Virus record (IMG/VR): IMGVR_UViG_3300043468_000945
Strand: one strand, 5' to 3'
DNA length: 64,000 nt
Source of the DNA: an uncultured virus (IMG/VR IMGVR_UViG_3300043468_000945)
Lineage: Duplodnaviria > Heunggongvirae > Uroviricota > Caudoviricetes > Crassvirales
Part shown: one piece after another, positions 56,821 through 64,000 of the stretch
How the letters are laid out: every line of letters begins with the position of its first letter
Position numbering within the stretch: the first letter of the stretch is position 1
Notes under the pieces: model-generated
Databases searched by the model: none
Seen by the model: only the letters and a program-made list of their open reading frames with translations
What the model was told of the DNA's origin: nothing
Translations under genes and position numbers: made by a program

Positions 56821-59800
56821 ATGAACGAACAGGCAATACAAGACGCGTACAATCTTTTCGTTAGCAATGGATACAAAAAATCATTGGCTGACTTCAAGAA
56901 GCTTATAGCTACCAATCCTACAGCCTTACAAGATTCATACAATCTTTTTGTAAGCAACGGATACGGCAAAGACATAAACGAGTATAAGACCTTGATGGGT
57001 GTAGGTGCGCCTGCTCCTGTAAAAAAAAAAGAAGCTACGGAATTGTCTTCGGAAGGTGGTTCTTCGGTTTCACTTATCTCGGATAGGTACCGTCAGCCAC
57101 AGCAGATTCAGCGAGATGCGACTTATGTCAAGCCGCCTGTCATGCCTATGGGCGGACCTAAGCCTGTCAATCTAAGCACGACTCCACAGAAACCATCTAC
57201 TCCTGTTAAGCCACAACCCGCACAGCAAGAGCAAGGATATGGGGATTACGTATTTAATAGTCTTGCATTAGGGGCAGCAGCTTTCAATGAAGCTGTATTT
57301 TCAATTCCTGAAACAGTCTTAAACATATTTGCAATACCTCAAAATCTTGTAGCAGAAGCGACAGGATGGGACATTGGTACCAATGCTGAACAGTTTAAAG
57401 ATTACATAGGTGTCAAAAACCCTTTGTTAGATTGGGTTAAAGAAGACAAAAAGATATTAAGTGGAGAAGTATCTAATTATGTAGCTAAAAACTACAAAGA
57501 ATCAGGCATTGTAAACAACTTTGCAAACGGGAATTACCAAGATGGATTCGAGCAACTTGGTGCATCTATTGCTCAATCAGTACCTATTAGCGTAGGTATA
57601 ATGATGGGCGGTGCTTATGCTGCTCCTGAAGCCCTTGCTGCAGCAACGACTGTTGGTCTTACAGAAGGCCAAAGAGAGGAGCTTAGGCAAATGAACCCCA
57701 ATATGAAAGAGTCTGAACTTATGATGAAGGCTCTAGGTATGTCTGCTGCTGAGTCTGTATTCTCGGCTATTGGTACAGGAACTATCGGTCAGGTGTATCG
57801 TGACATCGCCGCAAGAGAAGGGAAAGAAGCTGCTGCAGGAATCCTAAAAGATGGATTGGTTCAGACATATAAGAAAGCCTTGGAAAAAGGGGGGATGGCC
57901 GTGGGTTTTGCCGGAGAAGGAATTGAAGAAGCGGCCACACAGATAACTCAAAACGTAATTTCAGGGAAGCCTGCATTTGAAAATGTTGCTGATGCTTTTG
58001 TAACAGGCGCAGGGTCAGGTGTTGTATTCACTGCCCCAATCTCTGCAGCTAACGCAAAGAACTACATTAAGAATAAGGCCGAGACTTATGCCACAAAGGA
58101 TAAGGTTGGGCAGATTCTTAAAGAGAATGCCAACAACTTTGACAACCTTTACAATGTTCCTGTTGGTACTTCAATAACCCCTGAGCAATTAGAGATTGCA
58201 AACCTAAATAAGTCACGAGACCTATTGGTAAATAACCTAAAGAAGGGTGTTGAGGAAAACAAGATTACTCCTGATGATGCTAAGCAATCTTTGTATGTGT
58301 TCGATAAAATCCAACAGGTATCTAATGCCGTTAAGGATTTGGATGTAAGCGCAGAAGACAAAGCTAAGATTGCTACATTGCTCAGTCAGCGTAATGATTT
58401 AAAAGCTAAGATTGAAAACCAAGACGATGTATTGGTAGTACAAGAAAAGCAGCAAATCGAACAGATTAATAAACAGATTCAAGAAATAATTCTAAAACCT
58501 AAAGAAGATGCCGTTCAAAAGCAAAGCACAGATGAAGGCCTGTTACGCAGCGAAGGACCCCAAGTGGGACTGCAAGAAATGGGCGAAGGAAACAAAGGAC
58601 CTCAAGTCACTACCGAAGCGCTTAAAAAAGAAGAAGTAGGACCTAAGTACGTCAAGGACATTTCGGTTCTCATTACTCCCGCCACAGTGCGTGGGTTCGA
58701 TGAGAACACCAAGCGTATGCAGGAGATGTCTTTGAAGTATGATGAGCTTGTCAAGAAGTACAACGAGACAAAAGACGAGGCGCTTATCGCTGACATCCGT
58801 GGGCTTGAAGAACAGATACTCAACGACACCAAGCAGGAAATCATCGACAAGGTGGCTACTGTTCCGGGAACCAAGGTTGCGTTCAAGGACCACAAGATGG
58901 GGTCTTGGGAAGGCAAGTTTGAGCCTGCGTTCAACATGACACTAAGCATTACTCCTCAGGCCAACACAAAAGCGCTGAGCGATATGCTATTTGATTTCTC
59001 TGAGAAGTATTCTCAGGACGCGTTTATCCTTGAGTCTGATTCGGACAACCAAGAAAGTGTCTTCAATGACACAATGGACCTGCCGCTTACTGAAGAGAAG
59101 AACGGTTTGCTGTACTATCCACAGATTGGATACACATTCGCAGCTCCTGTGTCTCGTGAGAAACAAGCGGAGCTATCAAACAAACTTAGAGAGAATGGCA
59201 TTGATGCGTTCAACATGAACGACAATGAAGTTAAGGTTTCAGTAATAACATTTGGTGATACAAATCTATCACCTGACGAACAATACAATCAAAAATATGA
59301 TGAATACAAACGACAATCAGAAGCAATCGCAACCGCGGTCAAGGAAGTTCTCGGACCTGATGCGTTGGGAGGAAGAAATGTTAAAATCCGTCGGTCTAAA
59401 TATACCGGCGCAACAAACGAAGGCACAGCCGACCAAACAAGAACCTACGATAGAGGTGATGTTTTTGAAGCGTTCCAAGCAGCCCCAACAGAAGTAGAGA
59501 ATCTAGCGAAGGATTACAACGCCTTGCGCCAAAAACAAATCGAACTGTCTAAAGAGCAGAAGCAGTTGACAGCTGAAGAGCAAGACCGACTTGATGAGTT
59601 GGCTGCATTGGTTCAGCCTACTGTGGAGAAGACATTCGAGGTGAATAAGAAGTTGTATGAGGACGCTAAGGTTGAGGCCGAAGGAATTGCAGCTGATGCA
59701 ACCAAAGGACTTGACGCATTTATCTCAGGCTTCCCAATCAAGCGCCCGTCTCGTGCGTCAATTAAGACGATGCGGTGGTATGGTGGCTTTACCGAGAAGC

Positions 59801-62800
59801 TTGGAGATGGCGCTCGCCTGAATATCATCGTCAAGAATCCTGCTGATGTAGACAAGGTCTACAATGAAATCAATAAGAAGTATCCGACGACTGACCCTGA
59901 CTTACGCAGACTCAATGAGAATACTGAGCTAGGGTATCCCAAGCGATTGATTGAAGTTCGTACGTCAAACGGTGTCATTGCAGAGATGCAGGTCATGACG
60001 CCACAAGCATACCTCGCTAAAGATGGTATCAATGGTTTCCAAGGGCAAAAAGAATTTGCTCAGACAGAACTGAAGAATATCCAACAGAACTTAGGATGGG
60101 CTATCCCTGATGGGCTAGGCCATTACTTCTATGAGATACAACGTGACTTCAACGTTGACAATGCGCTTCGTGAAGAGGCCACTGCATTGAGTAATAAATA
60201 CTATGAAGCGTTCACCAACCCTGAGTCAAAGCTTACTGAATCATTTATGGATGAGGTGGCTGCATTCAAGGACAAGGTTGATGCAGCTGATAAAACAAAT
60301 TGGGATAGAGGTAACGAAGGCATTGCCCCTGAATCATTAGAGGCATACTTAGAGAGTCGTCCCGAAGTGCAGGTCGCTACAGAAGATGTACTGACTGCAG
60401 ACAATACTGATAAGACTACGCTAGAAAAAACGCTAGCTTTCTTGGATAAAGTAGAAAAAGACCTTGACGCATTTGGACGTGGTAACCTCAGTATGGGCGT
60501 TGCCATTCCTGTAATGAAGGCCATCATCAAAACGATGAAGGTATTGGTCAAGACCGGTATCACTTTGCAGGAAGCTATTGCACGTGCTGCTGCTGAGAAC
60601 AATGTCAGCGAGCAGGATGTAGTCGATACCATCAAGGCGGTAGCTGAGATGCGTGTGCGTGAAGGTAAAGCTGAGGCAGCCACAGAGATGGAGTTGCCCG
60701 GGTACAACCGCATGCAAAAAGAATTGGAAGGCATCATCGAGAAGTCTCGTGCGCGTGGAACCACTGAAGAGAAGGCCATGCAGAATGCCATTGACTACTT
60801 GCAGAAGTCTCGTGTCTACCAAGATGCCACAGATGTACAGCGCGAGCAGATGGTTCGTGATGTGCGTAAGACATTTGGCAAGCGTGAGAAGGCAGCGCCT
60901 AAGCCCGAGAAGTTATTCGGAGACATCAAGGATGTGAAGAACATTACCATGTCGGAGAAAGAGTTGCTCAAGAAGCAGCTCATGGATAAAGCTCGTGGTG
61001 CTAAGGACGCCAAGAAAGCGTGGATGCAAACTAGCGCAGCGTTGGCCAAGGCCATCAAGTCAATGATTGGTCCCGGTAAGATTACCACCAAGCAGGCAGC
61101 TGTTGCATTGCGTAAGTTCAGTGGTGTCAACATGTTTGACGAGAACTCTATCAGTCGCTTTGTTGATTACATGGCGAAGGTGTTCAAGAACGCCGAGTAC
61201 GCTGAGCAGATTAGCGCCATCTCAAAAGCTTTACCTATTGCTCGTAAGAATGTTCAGAGCAAGATTGGTATTGCTGAAGCCGTAGCGCCTCAGATGATGC
61301 GCCTGTTCAGCATCAAGCCATCGCTCATCCCTGACGCGGTGTTTGATAAGTATGCTGAGTTGGTAGCGATGATGGGCGAGCGCAAGACTGTACTCAAGCT
61401 AGATGAGATTACAAAGATTGCCAAAGACGTTGATGATATTCTGACTGCCGTAAACGAAGAAGTATCGCTTGCTGAAGAGCTAGCCGATATGTTTGAGTCT
61501 TACGACGGTAAGGTTGTTGACGAAGACGGTAAGCTTGACTATGCTGCTACTATCAAGAAGATGGTAGAAGAGGAAGTCATTACTGAAGAGGAGGCCGCCA
61601 TCATGAAGAAGTACAAGTCAAAGGTGCTTCCAATGGTAGAACGTGTCGCTAAGACTGAAGAAGAGAATGCAGAAGAGAAGGAGATTCTCGTTAAGGCTGC
61701 ACAGCAGGCTGAGGTTACTACTACTGAGCTTCCCACTCAAGATGAACGCAAGGTTGCACGTGACTTGGCTAGGTTGGCAAAGACCGATGCTGTTAAAGAA
61801 CTTGACAATTCTCAACTGAAGAACTTGCTCAGGGTGATTGACAATATCAACAATGGTTTCTTGCCTCACTTCGCAGAACTAATGGTTGAAAGATTGAATG
61901 CAATCAACAACGCAAAAGACCTTACAAATGCTGTCAAGACCGCTAAGCCACTAAAGTTATCGGCCGTTTACTCAAAATTAAAGTCTTTAGTTACGAAGAA
62001 GGATGCCATTTCTGAACTCATCAGAAGGAACCCATTGTACTACATTGACCAAGTGTTTGGCAACTTCAAGACAAAGGCTATATTCAACTCATTGTTTGAG
62101 AAAGCTGCTGATGCACAGGCTCGCTATAGCTCTGCTGTTACTGAGCTTCAGAACAGATTAGACAAAGCTGAGGAGGCTGTTTCTGCGTCGTTCAATAAGG
62201 ATGCGAACAAGACCTTGATGTCTAAGTTTAAGATGATGACCTACATGGTTCAGCTTGAAAAGAACTCAAACCCTGACAGCAAGCAAGTGAATCCTGCTGC
62301 TGAATACTTGAAGGCAACAATAGACCATATTGAATCCGGGAAGTCTAGCTTCGGGAAGCGTGATGCTGAGATGCTTCAGAAAATCCTTGATGACTACTCT
62401 GTAGATGGAGAGATTGATGCAGACAAACTGTACGAATCTTTCAATCCTGCTGAGAAGAAAGCCATCAAGACTATTCAAGACATCAACGAATCAATGCGAG
62501 ACAAGGCTGTGTTCACTGCAGCCATCATCCGTGGTGACAAGATTAACCCGCTGAATAATTACGTTCACTTGAATACGCTACATGAGCACAGGCCCGACGA
62601 GGCTATCTCAGGAGTGGCATTCGTGGACAGCTACAACAACTCGATGCGTCCTTCTACCAAAGCAAAGTCTTTGATTGAGCGTACCGGTAAAGTAGCCCCA
62701 TTAAACTTTGATGTGTTTGCTTCTGCGAATCGTGGTGCCAAGTTCACACTGATGGATTACTACCTGACTGAGCCAATACGCACAGCTCGTAAGACCATCA

Positions 62801-64000
62801 ACGAGACTTCCAAGATGTTGAAGGAAGGCGGAAAGCCTACCGAGCAACAGCGTGACATCTTCAATGCCATTGACCGTGCATTTGAGGAGTCAGTAGAGAA
62901 CCTGTTGACTCAGAACTTTACTGCTACTTCATTTGGTGACGACGTCGTTAACTTCATATCAAGACAGGGATACCGTGCTATGCTCGCTAGCTTGCCTAGG
63001 TTTGCTGCGGAATTGACGTCCAACTTAGGGTTCGCCCTTGTGATGGCGCCGAAAGACTTTGCTACGGGAGTAAAGAACCGTGACATTGTTCTGTCTGCTG
63101 ACGCGGTAAAGGTTCTCAACAACGTAGAGAGCAAACAGACCAACCGCCTGTTCCCGAACGATACGTTGAGCGGCAAATTAGTTGACACGTCAATCCTGAA
63201 CCAAGCGAGTGGTATCAAAGGGGGCCGAGCACAGAATGATGTAGCCAATAAAATTCAACAGATTTACAACCTGTCCGGTAAAAAGTACACCAACTTGGTT
63301 GAGCTAGGAGCTGATGCTCTTATTGCTACGCCTGATAAAGTGGTGATGCGGCCATTGTGGTTTGGTACGTTTGCCAATGAGTTCAAGAAAGCTACCGGCA
63401 AGGATGTGGACTTCAATAAAATTGCAAGCAATGACGAAACTTACATGGCTAATAACCGTGATGCTATTGAAGCTTCGCGCATGGCTGCTGATGAGAAATC
63501 GGTAGCGGCAGGTGCTAGTGATAACGCCTTCATGGGAATCCTCAAGGGAAGCGCCAAGCCAAATCAAAGCGCTATGCTTCGTGGCTTCAACATGTTCAAC
63601 AGTTTCATGACGCGGTTCCTTATCTATGAATACGTGACGGCCCGCACAGGCATCATGGCTGCCATCGGTAACGGCTCAGTGTCTAAGAAGCAAGGAGCGG
63701 CAATGCTTGCTGCTGTGGCTACTCGTATGACCATGTACACATTGTTGTCATCTACTCTAGCGGCTGCTCTAACAGGCTTGTTTGTTGATGATGAGGACGA
63801 AGAGAATGAAAAGTCTTTGCTTCAGAAGACGGGGCAAGCTATGGCTTCGTCTGCCACTTCGCTGCTACTAGGTCGTGACTTCGGTAACGCCACCAAAGGG
63901 TTGATTAACTATGGTGTTGAGCGTGCCAACGAAGAGTACCTTGACTTCCTGAGAGAAGGAGAGTACGACCCATACAAGGATGCGATTCAGTACACCATTG
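56821..64000 (+). CDS. giant polyvalent/ejection protein (>2390 aa, truncated by the window) with a RelA/SpoT-like domain
   Basis: Starts MNEQAIQDAYNLFVSNGY; no stop in the stretches I translated; its absence from the ORF track is consistent with no stop before the edge; TAAATTTG at 56809-56816. Confidence 0.85.
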   Translation, partial: MNEQAIQDAYNLFVSNGYKKSLADFKKLIATNPTALQDSYNLFVSNGYGKDINEYKTLMGVGAPAPVKKKEATELSSEGGSSVSLISDRYRQPQQIQRDATYVKPPVMPMGGPKPVNLSTTPQKPSTPVKPQPAQQEQGYGDYVFNSLALGAAAFNEAVFSIPETVLNIFAIPQNLVAEATGWDIGTNAEQFKDYIGVKNPLLDWVKEDKKILSGEVSNYVAKNYKESGIVNNFANGNYQDGFEQLGASIAQSVPISVGIMMGGAYAAPEALAAATTVGLTEGQREELRQMNPNMKESELMMKALGMSAAESVFSAIGTGTIGQVYRDIAAREGKEAAAGILKDGLVQTYKKALEKGGMAVGFAGEGIEEAATQITQNVISGKPAFENVADAFVTGAGSGVVFTAPISAANAKNYIKNKAETYATKDKVGQILKENANNFDNLYNVPVGTSITPEQLEIANLNKSRDLLVNNLKKGVEENKITPDDAKQSLYVFDKIQQVSNAVKDLDVSAEDKAKIATLLSQRNDLKAKIENQDDVLVVQEKQQIEQINKQIQEIILKPKEDAVQKQSTDEGLLRSEGPQVGLQEMGEGNKGPQVTTEALKKEEVGPKYVKDISVLITPATVRGFDENTKRMQEMSLKYDELVKKYNETKDEALIADIRGLEEQILNDTKQEIIDKVATVPGTKVAFKDHKMGSWEGKFEPAFNMTLSITPQANTKALSDMLFDFSEKYSQDAFILESDSDNQESVFNDTMDLPLTEEKNGLLYYPQIGYTFAAPVSREKQAELSNKLRENGIDAFNMNDNEVKVSVITFGDTNLSPDEQYNQKYDEYKRQSEAIATAVKEVLGPDALGGRNVKIRRSKYTGATNEGTADQTRTYDRGDVFEAFQAAPTEVENLAKDYNALRQKQIELSKEQKQLTAEEQDRLDELAALVQPTVEKTFEVNKKLYEDAKVEAEGIAADATKGLDAFISGFPIKRPSRASIKTMRWYGGFTEKLGDGARLNIIVKNPADVDKVYNEINKKYPTTDPDLRRLNENTELGYPKRLIEVRTSNGVIAEMQVMTPQAYLAKDGINGFQGQKEFAQTELKNIQQNLGWAIPDGLGHYFYEIQRDFNVDNALREEATALSNKYYEAFTNPESKLTESFMDEVAAFKDKVDAADKTNWDRGNEGIAPESLEAYLESRPEVQVATEDVLTADNTDKTTLEKTLAFLDKVEKDLDAFGRGNLSMGVAIPVMKAIIKTMKVLVKTGITLQEAIARAAAENNVSEQDVVDTIKAVAEMRVREGKAEAATEMELPGYNRMQKELEGIIEKSRARGTTEEKAMQNAIDYLQKSRVYQDATDVQREQMVRDVRKTFGKREKAAPKPEKLFGDIKDVKNITMSEKELLKKQLMDKARGAKDAKKAWMQTSAALAKAIKSMIGPGKITTKQAAVALRKFSGVNMFDENSISRFVDYMAKVFKNAEYAEQISAISKALPIARKNVQSKIGIAEAVAPQMMRLFSIKPSLIPDAVFDKYAELVAMMGERKTVLKLDEITKIAKDVDDILTAVNEEVSLAEELADMFESYDGKVVDEDGKLDYAATIKKMVEEEVITEEEAAIMKKYKSKVLPMVERVAKTEEENAEEKEILVKAAQQAEVTTTELPTQDERKVARDLARLAKTDAVKELDNSQLKNLLRVIDNINNGFLPHFAELMVERLNAINNAKDLTNAVKTAKPLKLSAVYSKLKSLVTKKDAISELIRRNPLYYIDQVFGNFKTKAIFNSLFEKAADAQARYSSAVTELQNRLDKAEEAVSASFNKDANKTLMSKFKMMTYMVQLEKNSNPDSKQVNPAAEYLKATIDHIESGKSSFGKRDAEMLQKILDDYSVDGEIDADKLYESFNPAEKKAIKTIQDINESMRDKAVFTAAIIRGDKINPLNNYVHLNTLHEHRPDEAISGVAFVDSYNNSMRPSTKAKSLIERTGKVAPLNFDVFASANRGAKFTLMDYYLTEPIRTARKTINETSKMLKEGGKPTEQQRDIFNAIDRAFEESVENLLTQNFTATSFGDDVVNFISRQGYRAMLASLPRFAAELTSNLGFALVMAPKDFATGVKNRDIVLSADAVKVLNNVESKQTNRLFPNDTLSGKLVDTSILNQASGIKGGRAQNDVANKIQQIYNLSGKKYTNLVELGADALIATPDKVVMRPLWFGTFANEFKKATGKDVDFNKIASNDETYMANNRDAIEASRMAADEKSVAAGASDNAFMGILKGSAKPNQSAMLRGFNMFNSFMTRFLIYEYVTARTGIMAAIGNGSVSKKQGAAMLAAVATRMTMYTLLSSTLAAALTGLFVDDEDEENEKSLLQKTGQAMASSATSLLLGRDFGNATKGLINYGVERANEEYLDFLREGEYDPYKDAIQYTI
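58508..58639 (+). CDS. nested +1-frame small basic protein (43 aa)
   Basis: MPFKSKAQMKACYAAKDPKWDCKKWAKETKDLKSLPKRLKKKK with an A-rich leader. Confidence 0.65.
   Translation: MPFKSKAQMKACYAAKDPKWDCKKWAKETKDLKSLPKRLKKKK
59057..59072. repeat. 1-mismatch copy of the 16-bp palindrome (GTGTCTTCAATGACAC)
   Basis: 15/16 match. Confidence 0.6.

Noticed and set aside
14430..63567. Numerous antisense or shadow ORFs over groEL, fibres, terminase, capsid and the giant gene
   Set aside because: Expected by-products of codon bias, with no recognisable motifs
1..64000. tRNAs, integrase, introns/inteins, stop-codon reassignment, further hammerheads
   Set aside because: None recognised by eye; genes read intact in the standard code; other CTGATGA matches lacked stems and GAAA. 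Covariance-model searches would be needed to exclude them fully

Overview
This window is an internal segment of a tailed dsDNA phage genome, very likely infecting Bacteroidota: there are repeated TAnnTTTG promoter elements and A-rich leaders without Shine-Dalgarno sequences. Left arm (1-13441, minus strand): small early genes, a COOH-NH2 ligase, a class II GATase/GGCT fusion, Sak-like SSAP, PD-(D/E)XK exonuclease, SSB-like protein, primase-helicase and an SF2 helicase. After a ~520-bp divergent non-coding junction, the right arm (13966-64000, plus strand) carries GroEL/GroES, small basic proteins, lysis genes and two giant tail fibres. These are followed by a crAss-like head-tail module (terminase, portal, scaffold, capsid, ring and stabilisation proteins) and ejection proteins, ending in a >2390-aa ORF cut by the window edge. 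Most notable observations: (1) two covarying type III hammerhead ribozymes between early genes; (2) an exact 16-bp palindrome GTGTCTT-CA-AAGACAC present 8 times plus one 1-mismatch copy, in coding and non-coding DNA; (3) a RelA/SpoT-like domain, a possible SAM-lyase-like motif and a fully nested out-of-frame small gene inside the giant protein; (4) two related origin-like AT-rich elements; (5) apparent avoidance of CCAG/CTGG and GATC. All calls come from reading motifs by eye; no database search was run.
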